Below, piece by piece: positions 52,793 through 64,000 of a DNA stretch of 64,000 nt. The stretch comes from Bigelowiella natans CCMP2755 (taxonomy: Eukaryota > Protista > Cercozoa). Location: the NCBI GenBank assembly GCA_000320545.1, contig ADNK01001953.1, positions 79,966 through 143,965 of the forward strand, given 5' to 3'. Every line of letters begins with the position of its first letter. Positions within the stretch are counted from its first letter, which is position 1. The position numbers and the translations under genes are program-made. The notes below the pieces were generated by a model. It saw only the letters and a program-made list of their open reading frames with translations, was not told the origin of the DNA and did not search any database.

Positions 52793-53541
52793 ACCTGAAT
52801 GTGAAAGAAGAAGCGATGTGCTTATCATCATCGGCAGAGGTGGACCAGCAATTTGAAGTAGTTGGTGAGCAGCCCTAATAACATATGATGATGGGTGAGT
52901 AGTGACGACGATCATGCACCACAAACACAACAAAACTATTAGACCGCGCCTCTGCCTCCTCCTCTTCCCCCTCCCCCCCCCTTTCAACAAAGCTTGGACA
53001 CGTTGTAGCTTGCTACCTACCTTCAAACCCCCATCAGAGCGTACCCCAAGGTCCTTTGGCTTATCACCAGGAAACTTGAATGATCCAGCAGCACCCGAAT
53101 CACGAGGAATCGATAGACTAGTTAGATTGACGAAGGAACACCAAGTAGTTGTAACAAGTGAGCAGCGATACTTATACATCTGGATTAGGGCTAGCAGATA
53201 TTATAGAGACCAACGAATACATGGATGATGATACCGATAAAATTCCACCGTTATGAGAAGAGAGATGGGTAATGGGTTGTTGTAATATGGTAAAGGGAAA
53301 TAGTAATTTGTTAGCGTTGTTGCCGTTGTTGTTGTCGACCAGTTCACCGACAATAGAAGAAGAAGAGGGCAAGCTGTTGTTCAACAACTTAAATACCACT
53401 ACTACTACTTACTACTAGTAGTAGTACTAGTACACACGTAATTGCAGCAGGAATTCCAAGCGCTAATCCAGATACGAAGCCTCTCCGAGAAGAAGAAGAA
53501 GAAACGCCCGCATGAGCTACTGTCCGACTGCTGCCGCTATT

Positions 53542-53610
<69 letters not shown>

Positions 53611-54377
53611 GCGCGCGCACGCACGCACACTCGCTCAAACGTTGTGCAGTGAGGTGGGGAGGTATACGGAGAATACGTGGTGGGTAAATGGATACTAGCA
53701 TCAAATAAAAGCATATTTGATTACCAACGAGTGAGCGGTGCAACTCGAGGAGCCAGGGCAATATCTAAGGGAGATCAATTATTAGGAAATTAAAGGAACA
53801 ACCTTTACAGCAAGCTTTTATGACATGATGGTGGCAGGCAATTGACTCATTATTGTGTGATGTCTTCACAACCGGATATATCCGCAGAAGTTGCAAACCT
53901 CATCGCCACCTAGGTATTAGTAATAAGGTCAACATTAAATTCAAAACCTAGGTGTGTATGACATTATGATCTAGCAGCAGCCAGTCCTCTATTATTTAAT
54001 AAAGCAAGCGAATTGTTGCAGCAGTAGTACACCCGTACACGTAATAATGTACAGTGATTTATCTTCTCTTTGTTTTAGGTGAGCACCCTTTTTGGAATTA
54101 ATTTATAGTATCCCTCATTAATATAGATATATATTTTTTCCCTTTATAAACTTTATATCACCATGGAAACTCCTAAGGCGCCTGCAAGCATGATCGCAAC
54201 CATGCCACGTAGACATTGGCGAGACCGCGACTGCGAAGAGGGAAGAGAAGGCACGCGGGCAATCAACGGTTTCGAATCCTGATCAAGAGAAAATAAATTA
54301 TCCAGTAATTCGCCACAAACGCATAAAGCATTGGAGGAAATTGGTAAGGAGAGGCAAGAGAGAGAGGTGACCACCAT
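51391..54377 (-). CDS. DUF1499 family protein, probably plastid thylakoid lumen (long presequence with twin-arginine motif)
   Basis: SSRRGFVSGLALGIPAAIT (Tat-like), KFPGDKPKDLGVRSDGGLK|GCSPTTSNCWST, IVDGGGWRLM, YFQLEYESKKFGFIDDVEF, VNYRSASRQGDSDFGVNAYRLNFIANG|LKKKGW. The 5' exons are approximate. Confidence 0.85.
53545..53607. repeat. Representative intronic microsatellite (AC)n; dozens of others such as (AT)n, (AG)n, (TAG)n, (ATC)n, (GAG)n and (AAG)n occur across the window
   Basis: Directly visible, e.g. also (AG)n 3871-3909, (AT)n/(GT)n 4578-4655 and (AT)n 55890-55941. Confidence 0.95.
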
Positions 54378-54738
54378 TGTTGAGTGCTTAATCGAGAATT
54401 ACAGGTGCTGGGTACACGTGCAGAATAAAAGTGAAATCGAGGCCCTTTTTGTATATGGAAATATAAGGGAATCTGCATCTACGACAAGATGACAATGGTA
54501 CACTTGTGCTTGTCGTAGGTATAGAGTCGTAGTAGTAGAGCATCGATCGATCTACTTCCTATCGGTAAAAGCCGCCAACTTTGCACCACCTCATCCTTTT
54601 AGAACAACAAGAAGAACCCAGCATCCAGTGTGTGACTGGAGAAAAGGACATGGCGGAGCCTTCTGTGAGGTATTTACCTACCGATTCCCTCCACAAACCT
54701 TATTGCGTGATTTTGGTTTCTTTCAAGTAGTTAACTTC

Positions 54739-55130
54739 ATGCATTGTGGCTGCAGCACCGTTCAACCCTTTACCCTCCTGGTCATTTTCGCGACGATACA
54801 GTTCATCACGTACTTAGACAGAGGTATACCGTGCATAGCAGCAGATAAGTATGCTTGCATTGGCCTAACTCATCACTCAGACTACAAGCTTGATGATTTT
54901 CCATTCTTGGAAATTCGCAACAATTGAGTTGCAGAGCAGCCCATTATAAACATGATCAATGCATTAACAAATGCGCACTACCGCTATTTCCGTCAAATGT
55001 AAATTGTATTATTAGGTATCATATCAACCTATCTGCAAGATATTCAAAATGACTATCGCTTGTCCGGGGTGGAGGCTGGCACACTGGCTGGAGCATATAT
55101 GGTTCGTTCTTCCTTCGTTGGGATCATAAA

Positions 55131-55165
<35 letters not shown>

Positions 55166-55883
55166 CTTTTTGCCATTCAGGTTGGATATATGTTAGCCTC
55201 CCCTATATTTGCGCATATGGCATCACGTACGAGACCATTGCTTCTAATCAGCATTGGCCTACTGGTTGATATTCTACAACTGCCCCTTCTACTACTACTG
55301 CTGCTGCTACTACTGCCACTCCATCGCTACTGTTTACCTCACCCCTCACAGCAAACACATCGCTTTCTTGTCTGATGTCTTGTACGCAGGCTCTAGTAGT
55401 AGTTGATATGCAATGCTCTCACTGTTTAGGTTTGGAGCTTAGCCGTCATCGGAACTGGTAGAGTTATATTAGTATTTTATAAATAAATCAAGCAGAATGA
55501 TGGCAACAACGAGTTAAAGCTTCTATTATTTTGACTGTAGTCTCAAATACGTATTGTCCAGTCATATTGTGGCAGTAATTACATTTTGGTGAAAACTAAT
55601 GATATCAGGAGCGTCTCTTGAGTATGGAACGATTTTGATCGCAAGAACATTCACAGGGGTGGGAGAGGCTTCCTTCGCGTGTCTGGTGGGTGTTCGATCA
55701 CTCACCATATTCTCTAAAGACAAACATCTCGCAATTAATTTAAAAAATCGTTAATGATACCAATAGATCTCTTCTCGTTTGCTGATATATGTCCATTTCT
55801 TATTCTCTCATTTGTTTGGTACTGAAAGGCCCCTCCTCTTATTGACTTAAAAGCTCCGAAGGTATTTACACACACGCGCACAT

Positions 55884-55944
<61 letters not shown>

Positions 55945-57024
55945 TATTTATAGCATTAAAAGTGGATTGGGCAGCAGCTGCATTTTTTGCTTAAATAAAA
56001 TAAGTTATAACAGTTAGTGGGGAAACTGTAGTAAAGCGATGTATAGAGCACGAAAACAAGATAGCCGTAACTACCAGTGCTAGGAAGTAAGTAAATAGCA
56101 GCTTGCTCTATCTGTTCGTTCCTTCTCCCTCCCTCCCTCCATCCATCCCTCCCTCCCCAGGACAAAAAGTCTTTATGGATGGCGGTTTTTTACATCTTCA
56201 TTCCGGTTGGATATGCGTTTGGGTACTTGCTCGCAGGGCAATGGTAGTACTCATTAATCAAATCATTTTTGCCATCATCATCATCATCACCACCATCATC
56301 ATCTCTATCACCTTATCTCCCCCACCGCAATTATTGACTATTCCTCGCACCACCCTTCTTTTCGTTTCCTCCTCCTCCTATTAAATAATTAATATTGATG
56401 TTATTATGATTTACCATCAAAGGGAGAACATCCATGCAGTGCATGGGTCCGTTTTATGGAGGACACCTTTCATTTTCACAGGTATTAGTAGTAGTAGTAG
56501 TAGTAGTAGTAGGAACACACACTGCTACTGCTACGTGATCAGTCGATTGTAGGTGTAGTGTTTCATATAATTACGTGCAAATTTCAATTTATCGATCTTC
56601 AAGAGATCTTCTATTATGTATACATACATACATACATTCATGCATATATACATTTACACATATATTAATATATAAATTCATTTAATACACAACATTTAAA
56701 GTGCAGTAATTACGCGTATATGTAATGATGGTGTGCTGCTTTGAATTGAGAAGATGTAATAGCTTCGGACACTACTAACCTTAACCCTAACAACACACAC
56801 TACCTACCACCACCACCATTCCTTCCTTCCTTTAGGAGTTATTCTATGGCCATTTATCATATTTGTTTACTACAAGGTATTAGTACTAGTAGTAGTAGTA
56901 GTAGTAGTAGTAGTTGTATTGTATGGTGGCGGTAGGAAATGAAGAGGAGGGGGGATAGTAGATTAGTAGTAGTAGTAGTAGTATTGTATGGTGGTGGTAG
57001 GGAATGAGGAGGAGGGGGGTAGTA

Positions 57025-57056
<32 letters not shown>

Positions 57057-57480
57057 TTGTATGGTGGTGGTAGAGAATGAGGAGGAGGGGGAGCGGAACG
57101 AAAAATTAGATAAAAAAATGGGTTATGATGGTGGTGGTGATGATGATGATGATGATGATGATGATGTGAGGATTTAGTGCTACATGCAAGCATTTATCTT
57201 TTTTCTTTCTTAGTCCCGTGATGCGAGTCTTACTTACGGCAGAAAAAAGGCAAGAAGAAGCGACGAATGACAAAGAGAATGAGACACACACTCACACGCA
57301 CACTCCACTCACACTCACACAATACACAATAACAACAACAACAACAACAATAACAAAAATACTAGTAATAAAAAAGCTATGATAGCCATAAATGAGGAGG
57401 AGAGAAGGAGGATATGGTGGTAATCTCTGGTTGTTGTATAATCTCTTTGGTGCTGCAAAGCATAATAGTAAATAATAATA

Positions 57481-57516
<36 letters not shown>

Positions 57517-58477
57517 ACGTATGCAGGCCACATCAGGAGAACTAACGCCCTCTTCTACCACTGCTACTACTACTACATATAATAATAATAATAATATTAA
57601 TAATGAATATCAAGAATCTCTTTTAGATGCATCAGAGGGGAAGCATCACCACCACCACCTCCACCACCACCTCATCGATGAGAACGACAACGAAGACCAG
57701 AAAATGCTACTAGATCAGGGACATGATAGCTTCCTTCAAGATCCTGTGTCGTCATTATCACCATCACCATCAGCCTTAATTGACCACTCGCTTTCACTGA
57801 ATCATGACGATAGTACGCAACAAGGGGGGAAGAGAAGAGGGGGGGGGGTTAGACAGATGGAAACTTCTCAGGTTATTTCCTACCTTCTACTGCTAACTTA
57901 AGAAGTACATCAATATACACATTCCTACCTTCTACTGCTAAATTAAAACGTACATTAATATACTACATTAGGACATGTACACTATATCCTATCACCATCA
58001 TTGTCATCATCATCATCACCATCAATGAATCATTTGTCCTACTTCTCCTTGCCTATTGTTGTTACTTACTCACTACCTATAATAGGGTTTTTCTTCTGGG
58101 AGTGGATGTATTCACGACAACACATTTCTTGAAGAATTAAAGACTGTTTTAGACAACCGCATCTATATCTTAATCATTCTTGGTTATGCAGCACAAACGT
58201 TCGTGGTAGGAGGTATTATCATTTACTGTTATAGCCGCTATTATTATTTTTATTATTATTATAGTTGTCGTTGTTTTGGTACTAGTCAACATTCGTCATC
58301 CATCTCCTCACCTATAATAATACCTTTATATTGCTTGCTGCTGCTGCTGTCTGCTGTTAGTGTTTGATGGGTCAATGCGTGGATAGTGTATCATCATCAT
58401 CGATTGTTGATTATTATGTGAATAATCGTCAATATGTAGCAGTAGTAGTAGGTGTATCTCTGTTGGCTTATACGATT

Positions 58478-58511
<34 letters not shown>

Positions 58512-59167
58512 ACCACTACAACAACTGCTGTTACCACTACTAGTTAATGATGAACAAACTACTACAACTACTACTACTACTACTACTACTACTACTGCCG
58601 ACATAGGTTTTGCATATTGGGGCATTGAGTACGTGCAGGGAGCTCTTCAGCTCAGTGAATCTACTGTATGATGATGATGATGATAATGATGATGATGATG
58701 ATGGTGATGATTTCAACATCATGGATGGATGGAACATATAAAGAATGTCGTCCATAATAACGACTATGCTACTAGCTGATGACAATTCTTGCTATTATTA
58801 TTATAATTCATGATCAGGCCACTCTCTCTTTTGGTAGTTTGACAGTACTCACAGGAGTTTTCGGCACGGCGACGGGGGGTATTCTTCTCGATTATTTGAG
58901 AAGGAAAGCAATGAAACCAGGGACGCCTCGAAAGCTGGAGACTAAGGTGAATGTTATCATCATCACTTCCTTGTTGCGTATTCGTGGTCGATGTGAATAA
59001 ACATAAAGGAACAATTCAAAGAAGAATGAATACTGTTATCACACACAGTTTCATCATCATATCATCTTTCCACTCCTCTCTCAAATAAAAGCGAGTTAAA
59101 ATCGACGACAACGACATCTATTCCGACAACTACAATCAATCTTTTCGCTGTTCAATATATGAATATC

Positions 59168-59198
<31 letters not shown>

Positions 59199-60404
59199 CT
59201 ACTACTACTACTACTACTACTTCTAATACCAATACTACTCAATACCTACTAATAGATCGCAGCTGAGAAGGCAACGATGCTATTGGCTATCTGCAGCGTG
59301 TTGTCTCTTCCATGTGTCGTAATTGGAATTGGTAATAAAAAAATCCATTTTCTTTTCTCCTCCTCCTCCTCCTCTTCCTCCTCCTCCTCTTTTTCTTCAT
59401 CTTCTTTTTCTTTTTCATTTTCCTCCTCTTCTTCCTGGCATAAGTAACGAAGTACTAGCACTGAATAGGAGGAGGATGGTATCCGATTTATGCCTCTTCT
59501 ACGCTACCTACCACTCATCTGCATTGAACAGCAATACTACTACTACAAATAATAATAATAAGAAGAAGAAGAAGAATGATGTTACTGTCACGACACAACG
59601 ACTGTGGCGCTGCTCTTATAGGCATTAATCATCCTGCGGGGTTCTTTCCGATGGTGGGCTTAGGTAGTATAAAAAACCGATGACGAAGAAGACGACGATG
59701 ATAATATTAATAATGATAATGATAATGATAATGATGATGATGATGATAATGTATGGTGGTAGCCTGAACTGTGTGTTACTACTAATTTGCAGGAGAGTTC
59801 CTTATTTTCATGTGTTTGACTCCTATAAACTCCACTGTGGTATGGATCACCCCATACGAGGTAGTCGTCGTCGTAGTATTTCAATGATAATATCAACGAT
59901 GATTATAGTAAGTTGTAAATAGGTACGTAGGTAAGTAAGTAGGTACGTAGGTAGTAGATAGTACGTAGCGATCGTTCCAACAAGTTTCTTTTAATTTTTC
60001 CATTTTTCCCACTTGAACAACAATATTGGTTTTGTTGCTGTCGTGTCTGTTACGTGATCATGATTTTTCTGGTATCATGTGCTGTCAGGTTTCGCCTTTG
60101 GCATTAGCAATATCAGTTTTATCGAATCATCTGCTCGGCGATGCCATTAGTCCCATCATCATCGGAGAGATTTTGGACTATACAAACAGAAATTGGCGTA
60201 CAACATTTGTGCTTATGGCGTTTTGGCTCATTTGGCCAATACTTCTGTGGATTCCGGTGAGTAAGGAGAGAAAGCTAAAAATACTACCAATTTGTGCATT
60301 TCTCAATCTATTGTTGTTTCGCATTCTTTAAGGCATGGAGTTATGCTAGATCCCAGCTACGACAAGCGGAGGCTGTTGGAAGAAGCAAGATTGGCTTAGG
60401 TTAG
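54739..60404 (+). CDS. MFS transporter, spinster (SPNS) family, multi-exon
   Basis: IQFITYLDRG, GTLAGAYM|VGYMLASPIFAHM, ARTFTGVGEASFACL|APPLID, WMAVFYIFIPVGYAFGY, GYAAQTFVVGG|FAYWG, GVFGTATGGILLD, SNHLLGDAISPIIIGEILD. Start approximate. Confidence 0.92.
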
Positions 60405-60884
60405 CAGTTTTCGTACATGAGCTATGGCTCAGCTACATTTGGGGAGAAATAAGATCCTGCTACGCAATGAAGTACAGCACAGCTATAATTTTTGTTATTT
60501 CCCCCCATCAATTGAAAGATACATGTCACATGATCCTCGTGTGTGTAAATATTGAATGATCTTGCCATGCATGTAGCAGCTATGTGTTTCTTCCGTAGAA
60601 AAGTGGTTGCGTGATTTGCGTTCACATGCAGATTGCACAAGCGAATGAGCATCATGCACCTGTGTGAACACCACGTTAGCACGTGCTAGCGTGTGCATCA
60701 TCACGACATGCTAGCATGCATGGTGCACATCTCAAACGCACAGGTCTAGCTAGCTAGCTAGCCATCGCGCACGCAGCTCTAGAGCTGCATAGCTAGACAG
60801 AGGTTGGATGCACAATTGCACATGGTCGATCTAGGCTAGTAGGTGCTGGCTAGCCCTAGAGCTGGGTGGTGTGATGATGCCGCC

Positions 60885-61210
60885 TGTAGCGCGTACCACT
60901 ACGCGGGCACAAGTCACGTGCGACAACAAAGGGGTTGTCGCGGATATAGAATATAGATAACGTAGATATTAATACAGCATAGGCACGTGGGTTCCGGCGG
61001 GACTCATGGCAGCACACCGGAAGTGTGCTGCCCCACGTGCGGCGGCATTCGCGAAAGCTTCGCGAATGATTACGCAGTGCACGATTTAATAAAAATATAA
61101 TCTTTAATAAAAATAAACACAACTCTTCAAAAGGAAGCAAACGTGCCTTTCCCCCCCCCTGCCTACTTGTGCACGTAGCGCCTCGGCCTGTGAACACCTT
61201 ACGCGCAACA
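60885..61210 (+). mobile_element. 5' LTR (326 bp) of a Ty3/Gypsy retrotransposon
   Basis: Begins TGTAGCGCGTA and ends TACGCGCAACA (10/11 terminal inverted match, TG...CA). Contains AATAAA motifs and is followed by a PBS and gag-pol. Candidate TSD CCGCC (60880-60884) cannot be confirmed without the 3' end. Confidence 0.8.
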
Positions 61211-61215
61211 ACCTT

Positions 61216-61233
61216 TGGCTTCCACACACGGGA
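61216..61233 (+). promoter_or_regulatory. Primer binding site (complementary to a tRNA 3' end; Glu/Asp-like)
   Basis: TGGCTTCCACACACGGGA lies 5 nt after the LTR CA; its reverse complement UCCCGUGUGUGGAAGCCA has the form of a T-stem, acceptor stem and CCA. The tRNA identity is a guess. Confidence 0.7.
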
Positions 61234-61249
61234 AACGATTTGACTAACA

Positions 61250-64000
61250 ATGTCACAGCAGCTAGAAGAACAGCAGGACTTTGGCTCGCAGGCCGTGCAA
61301 GGGCACGAGCAGAAACAGGAAAGGAAGGGCGATACGGACGCTAAGGAAGGAGGAGGAACACCTCCACAGGCACCGCCGGGACCAGCACCCGGGATTAAGA
61401 AAGCAGATGCAGCAGCAGAGGCACTGGAGAACTTCTACGAGGCGGACGACGAGGACGTGGCCGCCGAAAGCAAGAAGGTCGTAATGGCATTACGAGCCTT
61501 GCGACCCAGGGCGAGCAACTACGCCAAACTGAAAGTATCGATAGAATACAAGTATCAGACACATGATGTTTGGGCAGCTATCATGCAGGACATCATGGAT
61601 TACGAAGCAGACTTACCTCCAGAGTGGGCAGCTTTGTTTAGGAACGACGGGGGTCTGGGCGCCTCGCGGGGGACGACCCAGAGCACCGTCAAGCAGCAGC
61701 AGCCGGTACAGCGGAACACCCAGTTCATGTCTGTTAAAACAGCACCGGTTATGATAACGAAATACAACGGGAAAAGAGGTGAGGCAAGGAGGTGGTGGAA
61801 GAACGCTAGGAGTATACTCTGCGACTTTACCCCTAACCCCACCGAAAACGACAAGCTCAAATGGCTAGCTATAATAAAGCAAGCCATGGACCTTTACGAG
61901 ACAGGCAGGACCCGGATCAGGCAGCTAGAGAAAATACACACTACAGTTAGTGGGCTACGAGACGTTGAGGCGATAATGAAGGCTTTTGTAAATGAACAGG
62001 ATGCTAACTCCCTACCCCAGGCTATTAGAAAATACAGAGCAATGATGCAGCATGAGAGAGAACCTGTTAGAGACTTTGCCACGCGCTTCCAGGATATGAT
62101 CGACGAACTACATGATTTTAATTACAACACAGGTGATGATCAGGCAAGGTTTGAAGAGTTCAAGTTAAAGATAAAGGAATCCACTTACGTTACGGAGAAA
62201 GGCTACACCACGATGGAGGCAGCAGTGCAGGCTATATCCCTACGCGAGCAGGAGCAGGACCGCAAGTTTACCAGCCCTAAGGTACCTGGCATAGGAAACA
62301 TTAACGCTATTAAGCCGCAGCGAGACTGGTACAAGGACAGGGAAGGTAACCGACGTTGCGGATACTGCTCACGTAAAGGGAAACACACCGCTAAAGACTG
62401 CAGAGACAGGAAAGAAGGACGACCCAGGATGACGATCAGGCAGCTCAACGAACACTACGAGAAGTTAAAGAGAAAGAAAGGCAGAGGACAAGGATATAAC
62501 AACAGCAAATGGCAAGGCAGCAACAACGGGAAGAACAATAAATATAAGAACAAAAAGCAGAACAGTATCAATGCTATACAGCAGCAGATAAACGGAATAT
62601 TAGATCACCTTAAGCAGGCGCCGACGAAGACAGCAGTACCAGCAACGCAGGACCAAGACAAGCCCATGACCCTAGACGACATAAAGAACTTAGGAGTATG
62701 CAACATTAATGACGAAGACGCTAACAGGACTATCAAAGTTGCTATGACCAAGGTTAAAGTTAAAGACAGCTACGGAGACTACAAGAAACTACCTGCCCTT
62801 TGGGATAGTGGCAGCATGCCGAAGTCCTTCATAAGCCTAAGCACAGTAAGAAGGTTAGGACTATTGGATCAAGTGACTAAGAAAGAACGTAAATATGCTC
62901 AAGCAGACGGAAGCTCTTCCATGAAGACCGTCGGTGAGCTAATGCTAAAGCTACAGATACCTGGCAGCGACGCGGAGACCCAAATCAAGACCCGAGTAGC
63001 CATGACTTTATCCATGGAACTACTCCTCGGACAGGATGCCCTAGAAAAATTAGGGGGGATCATATCATTCTACAATCACAAGATATACTTTGCTAAGTTG
63101 CCAAAGAAGTCAGGCAGGACCATCAGCCAGAACATGATACGGCTTGACGAGTGGACCTCTGAGTCAAGCGTTAATGCGTTAGAGTTTATGGACCTAGCGG
63201 ACAACAAGCTACCTACACCTACCGAGCTACGGAAGAAGAACCCCGGCAAGACCATCCGACAGATAACGGAGCTACTGGACAAGACCCCCCCAGCTGATGA
63301 TTGGGATATCGACAAAGGCAAAAAGTACATTAATAAAATATTAAACGAGAAGTACTCTGACATCACCAAGCCGACGACGAAGCCCTCCAGCAAGCTTACC
63401 CCAGTAAAGATCGAGCTAAAGAAGGGATACGAAGAGTGCATCATCAATGACCCAGAACATAGGCGACCGGAAGCGGACTGGGAAAAGATAGAGTGGCAGA
63501 TCAATGAATGGGCAAAGGAAGGGAAGATAGAGCCAAGCAACTCACCATGGAACGTGAGACATGTGCTAGCTAAGAAACCTACTTACCCTTTCTTCCGCCT
63601 GGCGCACAACTTCATCCGCCACAACCGAGTAATAAAGAGGATCCAGACACCTACACCAAGGATAGATGACGTTATTGAACACGTCATAGGATACAAATAC
63701 TACTCTTCCCTAGATAAAAATGAATCATACATGCAGACACCCATCCACAAAACCTCCCGCCCCATTACCGCGTTCTCCAGCAGGCACAGGAAGTGGCACT
63801 TCGTCGTATTCCCTTACGGCCTAAGCATATCAGGGGATGCGTTCAGTAGTCAGAACTACAGGGCATACACACATGATGGGATGGCGTCTGTGTTGTGGGT
63901 GTTTGTGTTTGTGTATGTGGATGATGACATAATATGTACCAACACAGTCGTCGCTCAGATCTTCCTCCTGGAAAATATATTTATTAGGTTTGCACACTTC
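61250..64000 (+). CDS. Ty3/Gypsy gag-pol polyprotein as a single open frame (917 codons, truncated by the window edge and so absent from the ORF track)
   Basis: MSQQLEEQ start; gag QHEREPVRDFATRF; zinc knuckle CGYCSRKGKHTAKDC; protease ALWDSGSMP; RT IEPSNSPWN, PTPRIDD, SLDKNESYMQ, ITAF, FPYGL, VYVDD. RT follows PR directly, which is Gypsy order. The frame was spot-checked at several positions. Confidence 0.93.
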   Translation, partial: MSQQLEEQQDFGSQAVQGHEQKQERKGDTDAKEGGGTPPQAPPGPAPGIKKADAAAEALENFYEADDEDVAAESKKVVMALRALRPRASNYAKLKVSIEYKYQTHDVWAAIMQDIMDYEADLPPEWAALFRNDGGLGASRGTTQSTVKQQQPVQRNTQFMSVKTAPVMITKYNGKRGEARRWWKNARSILCDFTPNPTENDKLKWLAIIKQAMDLYETGRTRIRQLEKIHTTVSGLRDVEAIMKAFVNEQDANSLPQAIRKYRAMMQHEREPVRDFATRFQDMIDELHDFNYNTGDDQARFEEFKLKIKESTYVTEKGYTTMEAAVQAISLREQEQDRKFTSPKVPGIGNINAIKPQRDWYKDREGNRRCGYCSRKGKHTAKDCRDRKEGRPRMTIRQLNEHYEKLKRKKGRGQGYNNSKWQGSNNGKNNKYKNKKQNSINAIQQQINGILDHLKQAPTKTAVPATQDQDKPMTLDDIKNLGVCNINDEDANRTIKVAMTKVKVKDSYGDYKKLPALWDSGSMPKSFISLSTVRRLGLLDQVTKKERKYAQADGSSSMKTVGELMLKLQIPGSDAETQIKTRVAMTLSMELLLGQDALEKLGGIISFYNHKIYFAKLPKKSGRTISQNMIRLDEWTSESSVNALEFMDLADNKLPTPTELRKKNPGKTIRQITELLDKTPPADDWDIDKGKKYINKILNEKYSDITKPTTKPSSKLTPVKIELKKGYEECIINDPEHRRPEADWEKIEWQINEWAKEGKIEPSNSPWNVRHVLAKKPTYPFFRLAHNFIRHNRVIKRIQTPTPRIDDVIEHVIGYKYYSSLDKNESYMQTPIHKTSRPITAFSSRHRKWHFVVFPYGLSISGDAFSSQNYRAYTHDGMASVLWVFVFVYVDDDIICTNTVVAQIFLLENIFIRFAHF

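Noticed and set aside
56776-56792. taaccttaaccctaac, telomere-like
   Set aside because: About two degenerate units within an SSR-rich intron; expected by chance.
60935-61210. Alternative LTR start at TGTCGCG after a purine run (tandem-element/PPT idea)
   Set aside because: TGTAGCGCGTA at 60885 matches the LTR 3' end better, and the purine run is the loop of an internal hairpin.

Overview
Eukaryotic nuclear DNA: gene-dense, intron-rich, with microsatellites in almost every intron. The thylakoid-lumen-type DUF1499 gene and long N-terminal presequences suggest an alga with a secondary plastid, possibly chlorarachniophyte-like (inference only). By hand-splicing I can reconstruct about 13 genes: a Sel1-repeat protein, a CobW/COG0523 GTPase with extra N-terminal domains, a membrane class-3 lipase, NDUFS8, a THEM4-like thioesterase, guanine deaminase, Mpv17/PMP22, DUF1499, a spinster-type MFS transporter and several unknowns. 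The window also holds two MITE families, a dispersed ~110-bp repeat family and the 5' half of an intact Ty3/Gypsy LTR retrotransposon running off the right edge. The most striking signal is in the old intergenic repeats (20.4-22.1 kb, 42.4-43.7 kb, 60.6-60.9 kb, partly 8.9-9.6 kb and 24.8-25.3 kb). They are almost devoid of the dinucleotide TpA while CpG is retained, and most surviving TpA lie in CTAG, GTAG or CTAC. Paralogous copies within the window show TA in some copies and independently TG or CA at the same site in others. This points to a repeat-targeted TpA->TpG/CpA (A->G) hypermutation process, the mirror image of fungal RIP, that spares genes, intronic (TA)n/(TAG)n and the young LTR element. 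Exon boundaries and dinucleotide counts were made by eye and are approximate.
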